A DNA stretch of 64,000 bases from Snowella sp. GTDB taxonomy: Bacteria; Cyanobacteriota; Cyanobacteriia; Cyanobacteriales; Microcystaceae. The notes beneath the pieces were generated by a model. It was given only the letters and a program-made list of their open reading frames with translations, made no database searches and was not told the DNA's origin. The stretch is from positions 41,627 through 105,626 of the forward strand of contig JAYKGY010000128.1 of the NCBI GenBank assembly GCA_035285545.1, given 5' to 3'. Every line of letters starts with the position of its first letter. Within the stretch, counting starts at the first letter, position 1. A program made the position numbers and the translations under genes. Shown here piece by piece: positions 9,141 through 19,445 of this stretch.

Positions 9141-11399
9141 ATGACTGAAACCCTTGAATTTGAAGGCAGAAAATTTCTTCCCTTAGATAGTTTACCCACC
9201 AGCGAATGGTTATGTCCCATTAATCATCAACATCCTGTCCCCACATTGACTCTCAAAAATGATGATATTTTCTTAATTACCGATACTTTAGGCAATATCG
9301 AACATACGGATTGTACGACGAATAGTGTCGTTAAGAGTATGGGGTTATTTTGTCGAGATACCCGCTATTTAAATCATTTAACGCTATTGATTGATAAACA
9401 AGCCCCAATCCTTCTCAGTAGCACCGCCCAAAAAGGTTTTTTTCTCTCCATCCTCGCGGCTAACCCTGGCTTAGTTGATCCAAATTCGGGCAGAACTATC
9501 GATGCAGAAACCATTGGCATTCAACGAGAAATTAGTATTAAAGGCGATTTATTTGAAGAAATTACCCTCGATAATTACAATACCTTTCCGGTTGACTTCA
9601 CCATTAGTTTAAGCTTTGGTGCCGACTTTTTAGATATTTTTGATGTTCGCGGTTATGCACGGGAAAAACGGGGCAATCTTCTCCAGTTCTCTGGTTATTA
9701 TCGGAATGAATTAAAGCAAGCTGACAATCACCCTAACCCTGAAATTATCCTCGCCTATCAAGGACAAGATGGCGTAATTCTGGAATCCCGTATCCAGTTT
9801 CACCCATTAACACCGGATGAAGTCCAACACTATACCGCGATTTGGCATGTGCATTTAGAAGGCCGAGAACGCAAATGTCTGGGTTATAAAATCCAACTTT
9901 ATAACAATAATCGTCCTGCTTCGCTGGATAACGTGCCCATTACCTTAATGCAAGCCAAAGCCTCTGAAATCTTAGAATCGAAGGCTTGGATGGAGCAAAT
10001 TACTAAAATTGAATCTGACAATAAAGCCCTGAATCGTATTATCCAACAGGCTGAGCAGGATATTTATCTGCTACGACAAACTATCGAAGGGCGAAAGGTT
10101 CTCTCCGCTGGGGTTCCCTGGTTTTCAACCCTCTTTGGGCGGGACTCCATTATCGCTGCGTCCCAAACCTTGCTTTTAGATCCGTCCATTGCCCGCGATA
10201 CGCTCTACGTTTTGGCACAATTCCAAGGGAAAACGAATAATGACTGGCGAGAAGAAGAACCAGGCAAAATTCTCCATGAAATTCGCTTTGGGGAGATGGC
10301 CCGCTGTAATGAAATCCCCCATACGCCTTATTACGGAACCATTGATGCGACTCCGCTTTGGTTGATGCTTTATGCGGAATATTATGCCTGGACGGGTGAT
10401 GAGGAAACTTTAAATGCGCTTTGGGATAATGCCTTAGCTGCGATGGATTGGTGCGATCGCAATCTTAAAGAAACGGGTTATCTCCGCTATTTTTCTCGCT
10501 CCTATCGAGGGTTAACGAATCAGGGTTGGAAGGATTCGGGCAATTGTATTGTGGATAGTAAGGGAGAATTAGCCAAGGGCGCGATCGCGTTGGTAGAAGT
10601 CCAAGGCTATGTCTATGCGGCCAAAATTCGCCTAGCAGAAATTGCCAGTTCCAAAAAACTCTATGAATTAGCCGAAACCTGGCAACAATCGGCCAGAGAA
10701 CTCAAAACCCGCTTTAACCGAGATTTTTGGTTAGCGGAAGAAGGCTTCTGTGCCTTGGGGTTAGATGGAGAAGGCAAACCCATTGATAGTATTACCTCGA
10801 ATCCGGGGCATTGCCTCCATTTAGGCATTTTAGACATTGAAAAGGCCTATAGTGTGGCGGATCGTCTCAAAGCTCCCGATATGTTTAGTGGCTGGGGAAT
10901 TCGCACCCTAAGTAACTATAATCCCGCCTATAATCCCATGGGCTATCATATCGGCTCGGTGTGGCCCCATGATAATGGCATGATTGCTCAAGGGCTACGT
11001 TCTCTCGGTTTTGTTGATCAACCCTTAGAAATTGCCCAGGGGATCTTTGATATGACCATGACCCAACCCTATCAGCGTCCCCCCGAATTGTTCTGTGGCC
11101 ATGAACGTAGCGAAGATAGCTTACCCATTCAATATCCAGTCGCTTGTTCTCCCCAAGCCTGGGCCAGTGGTACTATTTTCCAGTTTCTGACGATGATGAT
11201 GAACTTAGTGCCCGATGCCCAGGGAAATTACCTGAGAATTATTGATCCGACAATCTTACCCTCCATGAATCAGTTATCTATCCAAAATCTACGAGTGGGT
11301 AAGACCCTTTTAGATCTGGAATTTGAACGATCCAATGGGGCTGTCGGCTGTCGGGTCACAAAAAAACGAGGTAATCTGCGGGTTGTCATCGAGGCTTAA
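9141..11399 (+). CDS. Amylo-alpha-1,6-glucosidase / glycogen debranching enzyme family
   Basis: AGVPWFSTLFGRD, EEPGKILHE, NQGWKDS, YHIGSVWPHD, ACSPQAW. Confidence 0.9.
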   Translation: MTETLEFEGRKFLPLDSLPTSEWLCPINHQHPVPTLTLKNDDIFLITDTLGNIEHTDCTTNSVVKSMGLFCRDTRYLNHLTLLIDKQAPILLSSTAQKGFFLSILAANPGLVDPNSGRTIDAETIGIQREISIKGDLFEEITLDNYNTFPVDFTISLSFGADFLDIFDVRGYAREKRGNLLQFSGYYRNELKQADNHPNPEIILAYQGQDGVILESRIQFHPLTPDEVQHYTAIWHVHLEGRERKCLGYKIQLYNNNRPASLDNVPITLMQAKASEILESKAWMEQITKIESDNKALNRIIQQAEQDIYLLRQTIEGRKVLSAGVPWFSTLFGRDSIIAASQTLLLDPSIARDTLYVLAQFQGKTNNDWREEEPGKILHEIRFGEMARCNEIPHTPYYGTIDATPLWLMLYAEYYAWTGDEETLNALWDNALAAMDWCDRNLKETGYLRYFSRSYRGLTNQGWKDSGNCIVDSKGELAKGAIALVEVQGYVYAAKIRLAEIASSKKLYELAETWQQSARELKTRFNRDFWLAEEGFCALGLDGEGKPIDSITSNPGHCLHLGILDIEKAYSVADRLKAPDMFSGWGIRTLSNYNPAYNPMGYHIGSVWPHDNGMIAQGLRSLGFVDQPLEIAQGIFDMTMTQPYQRPPELFCGHERSEDSLPIQYPVACSPQAWASGTIFQFLTMMMNLVPDAQGNYLRIIDPTILPSMNQLSIQNLRVGKTLLDLEFERSNGAVGCRVTKKRGNLRVVIEA

Positions 11400-11406
11400 G
11401 ATTTTG

Positions 11407-11434
11407 GGCGTTAAACTCTCCTTTGTCTAACGCC
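11407..11434 (+). terminator. Possible terminator/stability hairpin after the debranching gene
   Basis: GGCGTTA...TAACGCC stem just after the stop; long loop, weak U-tract. Confidence 0.35.
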
Positions 11435-11993
11435 TCATTTAGACGTAAACGATTAGCCAACCTCATCAAAATTACAAGTATGAAAAAATAAAATAATCAT
11501 TAGGGTTATTGATAGATTGAGCGAAAAAACAAAAAACAATAGTTTTGATGAATTCAAACATTAATCTACATAAGTAGAAATAGGCTAAAAAGCAGAGTAA
11601 AAAAAGAGCAATTTAAGGATGTTTAGGTTGCCAGTTAATTCTCTTCAATTCAATTGAATCCCAAGATTATAGAAATCAATAAATTATCAATAGATGGAAA
11701 TAAGTGCTTATAAAAACCCAAAGAGCTTAGATAATTACCACCAAAAAGTGCTAGGATTTTTCAGGACTAAATCCTGTTATTGATTGTACATGAGTATTTA
11801 AAAAGGGGTCAAATCATTGAAAACTCGTCAGAAAGATAAATTCGTTTTAAAATCAATTCTACTGGGGATCATTTGGAATTAAGCAGATAAAATTTTGTGC
11901 TCGCGATGGCAGAATTGAAAGGATGCGAATGAAATAATGTTACGCTGTTATTCAGATTGATCCCTTATTGAACCAATTTCTCTGCTAACTTTT

Positions 11994-13712
11994 GTGAGCG
12001 ATCGCCCTATCCGCCTGATTTTGATTGATGAAGACCCGATCTTTCGATTAGGGTTAGTGACAGCGTTAATTTCTGCCAATCATTTTCAAGTATTAGCCCA
12101 AGTCGAATCTCCTCAATCAGCGATCGCGGCTTTAAATCAATCCCAACCCGATATTGTGATCCTTGATCCCCTGTCTTTAGAAAATGCTAATCAAGGCTGG
12201 GAACTCTGTCGCCGCATTCAACAAAATTATCCTGCCGTTAAAATTTGTCTGTTAACCGCAACCTTAGAATACAGCAAATTAATTCAAGCCAAAAAACAGG
12301 GCGTAGAAGCTTATTTTCCCAAGGGAACTCCCTTAAATCAACTCCTAGAAGGACTACAACAAATTGCTGACAACCAAATCTGTTGGTCAGACCTGTCTTT
12401 TTTCCGAAGCTATATCAAATTAAATCGACAAAATCGCTGGCTTTTAAATTCTTTTCAATCAGGGTTATCCCAGATCGAGAACAGTTTAAATAATCTCAGT
12501 GGGCAACTTCAAAACCCTCGTTTATCTGCCTTCGATGAATTGTTTTTAGAGGGACAAAAGCGGGAACTATTAACCGCCCGATGGTTAGTCAAACGCTTAA
12601 TGCCGAAAAAATTGAAAATGATGTCTCAATTATTGGCTGAAGAAAACCCCTCTGCTAATTTGTCGAATTCGGTTAACCTACCCGTTGTTTCTCCCGCCGC
12701 TGACCTTATTAGCGTGGATGTCCCTACGGGAATTAGTAGCACTTCCAATATTTTTGCTACTACCCTCATTAAATTACAAGCCAGCGTTAGTAATCTAACC
12801 GACGTTCCCTTAGAGTTAGATATTTTAAAAATTGATCGAAAACAAGAACTTTTAATTTTAGTCTTAAATCAATTCCAGCATCTTTTAAATGAATTAAAAA
12901 CCTTGGAAGTAACCCGCGAGCAACTACCTGAGGACACGAGTTTAATTTTAGTAGAAATTTGGCAATCGGTAACTCTAACATTTTTTGGTAAATATTGTTC
13001 ACCAAAAGACAATTTTAAGATTGATAAAATTCAAGATTTTTTAAATAGTTATCGAAACTTGATTCAAGCAGAATCCCTAAGTAAAATTCCGTTTACAAAA
13101 GAGCTATTATCTTACTTCTTATTCGCTGAAAATTTGGTTGTTGATGAAGTTTCCTATCGCTCTGAATCACCTGAAGCAGGGGAAAGGGCCGAGATTTACC
13201 TACAAAATTTGATTATTCAAGTAGCCAATAGCGTAATGGTGTTTATCCTGAACTATTTTTCAGAAAATGAAGAAATTAAGCAAGCTCTTTACCAAGAAAA
13301 AATGTTGTCCTCTAGGGAAATCGCTAAGTTTCGGAATGATTTGGCCTGGCGTTATCAATTAAGCAAATATTGGTTAGAACCCGAAAATATTTTTGAAAGT
13401 CAATATTCTTTGTTTTATTTCACCTTACAAGGTATCAAACTGACTCAGGTTTATTTCCCCCGTCAAGCAGAGTTAACTCGACTCGAAGGCTTACCTCTAG
13501 CAACCACCATTATTTTAGAACTGCGGGATGCCCTATCCCCCCGTCTGCGATCGCTGGTAACTTTTACGGGGAATGGCTTAGTGTTCGTTTTAACTCAGGT
13601 CATTGGCCGAGCCATTGGTTTAGTGGTGCGTGGCATCTTACAAGGAGTGGGCACCACTTGGCAGGAGACCCGCTACAGCCGAAAACGCAGTCGAGAAAAC
13701 TCCAATTTTTAA
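11994..13712 (+). CDS. ycf55: Receiver domain + DUF3685 protein (Ycf55-like)
   Basis: N-terminal REC (LIDEDPIFRLG...DIVILD); C-terminal SREIAKFRNDLAW...LELRDALSPRL. Confidence 0.8.
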   Translation: MSDRPIRLILIDEDPIFRLGLVTALISANHFQVLAQVESPQSAIAALNQSQPDIVILDPLSLENANQGWELCRRIQQNYPAVKICLLTATLEYSKLIQAKKQGVEAYFPKGTPLNQLLEGLQQIADNQICWSDLSFFRSYIKLNRQNRWLLNSFQSGLSQIENSLNNLSGQLQNPRLSAFDELFLEGQKRELLTARWLVKRLMPKKLKMMSQLLAEENPSANLSNSVNLPVVSPAADLISVDVPTGISSTSNIFATTLIKLQASVSNLTDVPLELDILKIDRKQELLILVLNQFQHLLNELKTLEVTREQLPEDTSLILVEIWQSVTLTFFGKYCSPKDNFKIDKIQDFLNSYRNLIQAESLSKIPFTKELLSYFLFAENLVVDEVSYRSESPEAGERAEIYLQNLIIQVANSVMVFILNYFSENEEIKQALYQEKMLSSREIAKFRNDLAWRYQLSKYWLEPENIFESQYSLFYFTLQGIKLTQVYFPRQAELTRLEGLPLATTIILELRDALSPRLRSLVTFTGNGLVFVLTQVIGRAIGLVVRGILQGVGTTWQETRYSRKRSRENSNF

Positions 13713-13954
13713 GAAGCTGTGACTTGGCTCTCACTTCCCAAAACTTCAATATATTGAGTTTCCATTAAAAACATTCCTCGCTCAAAGCGAACCCCCCAGT
13801 AGCCCCCTGGCCGACGATCCATCACAACCCCTTCAGCCCCCAATTCTAAAAGGTCAGCCGGTCGTAACATCGGCATGGGAGTAGCCGTTTTTAAATAGGG
13901 CGGATGGCTCACTAAACGAACTTTACTTCCAACGGTAATTTCTTGAGTATTCAT
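13709..13954 (-). CDS. sipA: Hik33/NblS-interacting regulator SipA
   Basis: PPYLKTATPMPMLRPADL...RRPGGYWGVRF. Confidence 0.88.
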   Translation of the reverse strand: MNTQEITVGSKVRLVSHPPYLKTATPMPMLRPADLLELGAEGVVMDRRPGGYWGVRFERGMFLMETQYIEVLGSESQVTAS

Positions 13955-13956
13955 TA

Positions 13957-14223
13957 TTAAATCACTGCCTCATCTTCTGCAATCGTTAACTTGCGAGGGC
14001 AAGCTTTTTCGATGACATAACTAATGCCTTGCGCTCCTTCTTCTCGTAGATCTTGAAGATAGTCACCATGATAACTTTCGGCTTCTTGAACCGAATCAAA
14101 CGGCCCAAAATAGTAGGTGCAAATGGGAACTTGGGTTTCAACCTTAACCCACCATTTTTGCTTGTTATTCAAGAAAAGACTAACCAGAACGAGGTAAATT
14201 AAAAACAAAACAAAGCTAAACAT
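13957..14223 (-). CDS. DUF1816 family protein
   Basis: WWVKVETQVPICTYYFGPF...YLQDLREEGA. Confidence 0.85.
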   Translation of the reverse strand: MFSFVLFLIYLVLVSLFLNNKQKWWVKVETQVPICTYYFGPFDSVQEAESYHGDYLQDLREEGAQGISYVIEKACPRKLTIAEDEAVI

Positions 14224-14393
14224 ATTGGCTCAACTGGATTAAATGAGTTTTCTTAAACGGAATTAAACCCAAACAGGTTCAGTCAAGATAAACTTAACTG
14301 CTTGGTTTAGCTACTTTTAAATGGTTATGATTGTGTCATATTTTGCTTGTTTTATCCATAAACGTCATCTATTCGGTGTTTATTCGCAAAAAA

Positions 14394-15791
14394 TTAATCA
14401 GCCTCTCCACCAATCACCACGTCACGAATCCGTAAACTGGGGCCACCACACCCCACCGCTAAACCGCTTTGTCCACCTTTGCCACAGCCTCCTGATTCAT
14501 CCCAATAAAAATCGTCTCCGATTCCTTCAATATTAGCTAAAGTCTTGAAAACGTTACCCGATAAAGTCACATCTCGGACAGGTTCGGCCAATTCTCCATT
14601 GCGAATCATCCAGGCTTCCCCTGCACTAAAGGTAAACATTTCGCCGTTGGTCATGCCGCCTAACCAATTTTTGGCATAAACCCCTTCCGTGATGCCATTA
14701 AATAAATCGGGAACTGCTGTTTTCCCCCGTTCGATCCAAGTGTTGGTCATACGGACGATGGGAGGATAGTGATAGTTCAAACAGCGAGCGTTTCCGGTGG
14801 CCGTTTCCCCTAATTTGCCGGCGGTTTCCCGTGAGTGCAGCCGTCCGACTAAAACCCCGTCTTTAATTAATTGGGTAGTTGTGGCAGGAACCCCTTCATC
14901 GTCGTAGAAGTAACTGCCTCGGTGGCCGATTGGGGCGGCTCCGTCAAGGATTTGTAATTCGTCGGGGCCAAAGCGTTTTCCCATACTCATGACTTCGAGG
15001 AGGTCAGGGTTTTCGTAGAGCATATCGGCTTCGGAAAGATGGCCAAAGGCTTCATGAACAAAGAGACCTGTCAAAATCGGATCAATCACAATGGTGTAGG
15101 TATTACCTTTAACGGTGGGTAAGGTAAGGGCAGTAACGGCGCGTTGGGCAGCCCCTAAAACCTGTTCATCCAAGTTGCTTAGGTCTTCGTAGCCTTTGCG
15201 AGAGCCAGTGGTTTCTCGTCCAGTTTGTAAAATTTCTCCGTCTCTGGCAGTGGCCGAAAAGCGCATTTCAATGTCACACCAGGATTGTTCAATGAAGGTT
15301 CCTTCTGAGGTGGCGAGTAAGATCCGTTGGGTGGTGTCTCCGTAACGCACAGAGGTGGTGGTAATTTTGGGGCTAGCACTGCGTAGTATTTCGTTGTAGC
15401 GATCGCAGAGAGCCTTCTTTTGGCTCAAAGGGATATGGCGGGGATCGGTGCCGGTGAGGGGTAATTGGCAAATGGTTTGAATGGGATCAACGGGCGCGAG
15501 GATCGTTTCTTCTTCCCCAATTAATTTCGCCGCGGCGATCGCTTCTTCAATCCGTTCCGCTAGGGTAGAAAGCCGATTAAAGGTAGCAAATCCCCAACCC
15601 CCATTATGACAAGCTCGAACTTGACCCCCGATGGCAATGCCTTCACTCAGGGTTTCAATTTTTTCACTCCGCAACAAAATATTGGTTCCTTCCGATTGTT
15701 CGAGGCGAATAGCTAGGTAATCGACGCGATCGCGATACCGTTGCATAAGGTCACTTAACTGATTTTTGATCGGGGCGAAGGAGTCCGTCAT
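14394..15791 (-). CDS. tldD: TldD/PmbA family metalloprotease
   Basis: HEAFGHLSEAD (HExxxH), DDEG, RMTNT, GCGKGGQ. Confidence 0.9.
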   Translation of the reverse strand: MTDSFAPIKNQLSDLMQRYRDRVDYLAIRLEQSEGTNILLRSEKIETLSEGIAIGGQVRACHNGGWGFATFNRLSTLAERIEEAIAAAKLIGEEETILAPVDPIQTICQLPLTGTDPRHIPLSQKKALCDRYNEILRSASPKITTTSVRYGDTTQRILLATSEGTFIEQSWCDIEMRFSATARDGEILQTGRETTGSRKGYEDLSNLDEQVLGAAQRAVTALTLPTVKGNTYTIVIDPILTGLFVHEAFGHLSEADMLYENPDLLEVMSMGKRFGPDELQILDGAAPIGHRGSYFYDDEGVPATTTQLIKDGVLVGRLHSRETAGKLGETATGNARCLNYHYPPIVRMTNTWIERGKTAVPDLFNGITEGVYAKNWLGGMTNGEMFTFSAGEAWMIRNGELAEPVRDVTLSGNVFKTLANIEGIGDDFYWDESGGCGKGGQSGLAVGCGGPSLRIRDVVIGGEAD

Positions 15792-16004
15792 GATCGCAGC
15801 CTATGAGATAAACATCGTGTTTGGTTTTATTATCCTGGATTTTTCTAAGAAATTAACGACAGATTATTCTTGCAGATCTAACTTGCTGATGTTCCGAAAA
15901 AAAATGCTTAATCTAAGAATGATAATGGTATGATTCAAGCAAGAGTAATCCCCGTCATTGAATCCTCATTTTTCTATTTAAACTACGCATCATTTTTACG
16001 ATCT

Positions 16005-17276
16005 GTGCCAAAATTCCAATGCAAACAATGTGGTAAGCAGTTTAGCCTATCCATTCGTCCCCAAAGTTGTCAATATTGCGGTAGTGCTAACCTCATCGCC
16101 AAAAGTCGGCAGTCCGCAGGGGCTAACTTTCTGATTAATGCGGCGGCTCCTTCTAAGGCTTCTTCACGAAAGTCTAAAATGTCTTCGTTTGCTCCCGTCA
16201 ACAAATTCACCTCAAATATTGAATCACCTACTAGCGAAAATCCGACCTCCAAGCCTTTTTTATTGAGTCAGCCCCTGGTGGATAAATCTTCTCTGCGGCC
16301 ACCGTCAGGCATTTTTGGTGATTTAATTGATCCCGTTCAAATTCTGATTCAAATGGGTTTGATTATTCTGACAATTGCTGGTTTAGGAGGGAGTTTATAT
16401 TGGCTAGGAAATTTAAAATACGATACCACTGCTTTTCAAAAAGTTGCCCTTGACGGAAACTTTAAACTTCCTAAAAAATGGCGATTAAATCAAGGCGCAA
16501 AAATTGATCAAGAAAAATTAATTCATGCCCATTCAGTAAATCAAGCTAACTATGTTTCTGTTTTAAAGGAACAGCTTTTTGGGGATGCAGATATCACGGT
16601 AGAAACGAATCTCACTCAACCTAGTTCAGATTTATCCTTTGGCATTGCGGCGAAGATCAACGGTAAAAACAATCAAAATTTTTATTACCTATTGGTGCAA
16701 CCGGATGGTTCTTTTGCAATGGGTAAACGGAATCAAGAAAATTGGGATAATAAGGTTAATTGGCGAAAAAGTTCCGCGATCGCGCTAGGAGAAGCCCCGA
16801 ATTTACTCAGAATTGTGTGTAAAGATAACTTAGTGATTGGATTTATCAACAATCAACGGGTAGCTAGCTTTGAAGATGACCAATATTCATCGGGACAAGT
16901 GGGATTAATTTCCTATCAAACCGGAGGCTCAGAGAGTACAGTTCGCTTTAACAAGTTATTAATTAAAGAAAAAGAAATTACCGAAAATGAAGCACAACCG
17001 TCTCCCCAGGAAGCGATTCAAAAATATTACAAAAAATTAGCAAACAGTGATGAACACAAATCCTTTAATTTTGTTGACCAAACTAAAATTGATTTTCAAG
17101 AAATCCTAGAAAAAACGGTAAATACCGCAAAAGTTAAAGTCGGGTTACGCTATAGCCTGAAAAATGGCACCAAGATTTGTGAAAGTCGTGTGATGTCCTT
17201 AGTTTTTGATCCTAAGATTTATCAATGGAAAATCGAAAAATCCGAAGACATCCGCTCCCAGCCCACTTGTCCCTAA
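16005..17276 (+). CDS. Zn-ribbon / TM / DUF1080(ConA)-like membrane protein
   Basis: CKQC...CQYC, S/P-rich linker, one TM, beta-sandwich region (NFYYLLVQPDGSF...GQVGL); GTG 16005 is the likelier start (ORF open from 15930). Confidence 0.6.
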   Translation: MPKFQCKQCGKQFSLSIRPQSCQYCGSANLIAKSRQSAGANFLINAAAPSKASSRKSKMSSFAPVNKFTSNIESPTSENPTSKPFLLSQPLVDKSSLRPPSGIFGDLIDPVQILIQMGLIILTIAGLGGSLYWLGNLKYDTTAFQKVALDGNFKLPKKWRLNQGAKIDQEKLIHAHSVNQANYVSVLKEQLFGDADITVETNLTQPSSDLSFGIAAKINGKNNQNFYYLLVQPDGSFAMGKRNQENWDNKVNWRKSSAIALGEAPNLLRIVCKDNLVIGFINNQRVASFEDDQYSSGQVGLISYQTGGSESTVRFNKLLIKEKEITENEAQPSPQEAIQKYYKKLANSDEHKSFNFVDQTKIDFQEILEKTVNTAKVKVGLRYSLKNGTKICESRVMSLVFDPKIYQWKIEKSEDIRSQPTCP

Positions 17277-17379
17277 AACAGCCTAATCAAAACTATCCCG
17301 GCTTTAATCCTGATTGCTATATTCTGTTTCTACAGCGATTGATCCGTAATCACAACGCAATTTTTTGTATAACGCTGAT

Positions 17380-18408
17380 TTAAAACTCATCACAAACGAC
17401 CTGATTCTTTCCTTGCGCGATCGCCTGTTTGAGGGACTGTTCGGCGACATTGATCAAGGTTTCCGGCGGAATGGCTGGACTCGGAATAGCGGTAGCAATG
17501 CCAAAGCTCAAGGTCATCAAATTTTGTTCTGCATCAAAAATATTTAAATTCTGAATGCCTAAACGAATATTCTCAACAATACACAGCGCACCTTCCTGGG
17601 GCGTATGGGGTAACAAAACCGCAAAAGTATCCTGACTATAGGAAGCCACCACATCGGCAGACCGCTTCACCTGATGACGAATGAGGTTAGCAATTTGTTT
17701 GGTGTAATCTTGCATAACACTGTTGCCATGATGGTTCCCCAAACCAGAAAAGTCATTAATACAGCAAAGAATCAAAGACAGTTGGGATTGGGTACTATCT
17801 CCCCAAAGAATACGCCCTCGTGCAGAACTGCCCCATTCCCGTTTTAAATCTTTTTCGAGGCGGGGTCGATTAGCCAAACCAGTGTGGGGATCGATATAGG
17901 CAACTTCAGCTAATTCAAAATTGACTCTTTGTAGCGAAGATTCGATTTTATTAAATTCCTGGGTAATTTCCCGCAAATGATCATTCTGGGCATCCAGTTG
18001 CTTTTGCATTTGTGCGATTTTGAGTTGGTGGTTAATGCGCGCGATCGCCACCTTGGGATGAAAGGGAGCTACCAGATAATCTGTCCCCACCGTATCTAAA
18101 ATTAAGGAGAGGTCAACATGTTCAGGATTACAACAGAGAAAAATGAGCGGCGTTTTTTCTAAAACCTTAATCTGTATTAACTGTTGATAGGTTTGGATTG
18201 CCTCTGTTGAAATATCGTGACGCAATAAGATCAAGTCAGGCGGGTTAGTTGTGACCGAATCAGCAATCCCATTATTCCATTTGATTTGACTGATGGCATA
18301 GCCATTTAGCGTTAATTCATCTAATAAAAGGGCGATTTCGTCGGAAGATTCCCCAATAAAAAGGATAGTACTTGAGAGGCTATTACTCAGATCTAAAGTT
18401 GACGGCAT
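17380..18408 (-). CDS. Pseudo-receiver + degenerate GGDEF protein
   Basis: DLILLR in place of DLILLD; DPHTGLANR; RSADVVASYSQDTF in place of RxxDxxARYGGEEF. Confidence 0.85.
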   Translation of the reverse strand: MPSTLDLSNSLSSTILFIGESSDEIALLLDELTLNGYAISQIKWNNGIADSVTTNPPDLILLRHDISTEAIQTYQQLIQIKVLEKTPLIFLCCNPEHVDLSLILDTVGTDYLVAPFHPKVAIARINHQLKIAQMQKQLDAQNDHLREITQEFNKIESSLQRVNFELAEVAYIDPHTGLANRPRLEKDLKREWGSSARGRILWGDSTQSQLSLILCCINDFSGLGNHHGNSVMQDYTKQIANLIRHQVKRSADVVASYSQDTFAVLLPHTPQEGALCIVENIRLGIQNLNIFDAEQNLMTLSFGIATAIPSPAIPPETLINVAEQSLKQAIAQGKNQVVCDEF

Positions 18409-18468
18409 AACAAGAATTCCCCCTGATGATGACAAGCATAAGCCTAAAAACAGTAAAAATTGAGGATT

Positions 18469-19347
18469 CTAAGCGCGATTTTTTTTACGATTACGGGGAT
18501 TGAGAACTTCACTTAAGCCTTCCCCAATGAAAGATAGTCCAACCACCATCGTTGTTAATGCCAAGCCTGGATAGAGGGTTGTCCACCAAATCCCCACCGA
18601 CAGATCCGCCAACGCTTCTTTCAAATCGTGTCCCCATTCGGGAACTTCTTCAGGAAGTCCTAAGCCGAGAAAGCCCAAACCGCCTAATACGAGGATTGCA
18701 TCGGCGGCATTCAGGGTAAACAGGACAGGGACACTTTGGATAACGTTCAAAAATAGGTATTTGGATAAAACCCTTGTTGGGGTTGCGCCCATTGCTTTAG
18801 CGGCTTCCACAAACAGTTCGTTTTTAACGCTCGTGGTATGGTTGCGAACGAGGCGATAGTATTGGGGAATATAGGAAATACTAACCGCGATCGCGACGTT
18901 AAGGATTCCTCGACCGAGAATAAACGCTAAAGTAATCGAGAGCAGTAGCCCTGGTAGGGTATAGATCGTATCCATAATAAAAAGTAGAAATTTATCTACT
19001 TTCCCGCCTAAATAACCACTAATTAGTCCCAAGGGAACCCCAATGAAGACCGATAGGGTCGTAGCGAGGATAACCACCTGTAAAGCGGCTTGGGAACCAA
19101 ACAGGGTACGGGAAAAAACATCGTAACCCCGCACATTTGTCCCAAACCAATGGCTCCAACTGGGAGCTTCTAAGGGCAAGCTGTTGAGTAAGTCCGTAGG
19201 ATCTTGTAATAACCCAACCGCTTGTAAAAGGGGAGCAAAAATTGCAATTAAGATAAAAATAGCCGTAATAACCAGCCCCACTACCATCAATTGCAGGGAT
19301 AAATTGGGACGCAGCGATCGCACAAAAGGAAGTTTAACAGTGGTCAT
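18469..19347 (-). CDS. Peptide/nickel ABC transporter permease (DppC/OppC-like)
   Basis: HWFGT...DVFSR, FVEAAKAMGA EAA loop, LGFLGLG...PEWG. Confidence 0.9.
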   Translation of the reverse strand: MTTVKLPFVRSLRPNLSLQLMVVGLVITAIFILIAIFAPLLQAVGLLQDPTDLLNSLPLEAPSWSHWFGTNVRGYDVFSRTLFGSQAALQVVILATTLSVFIGVPLGLISGYLGGKVDKFLLFIMDTIYTLPGLLLSITLAFILGRGILNVAIAVSISYIPQYYRLVRNHTTSVKNELFVEAAKAMGATPTRVLSKYLFLNVIQSVPVLFTLNAADAILVLGGLGFLGLGLPEEVPEWGHDLKEALADLSVGIWWTTLYPGLALTTMVVGLSFIGEGLSEVLNPRNRKKNRA

Positions 19348-19445
19348 AGGCGGTTATAGAGCTTAATTTCAATAGATTACGACCTAATCGCTTTCCTATC
19401 AAGTCAAAAATACAGGTTTGTAAGAAAAATTTGTTGTTCGTAAAA

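Noticed and set aside
11400..11993. 594-bp AT-rich gap before ycf55
   Set aside because: Only very short ORFs and no repeat or structure I could support beyond one hairpin.
17312..17321. GATTGCTATA, IS630/MITE-like end
   Set aside because: No convincing partner inverted repeat nearby.
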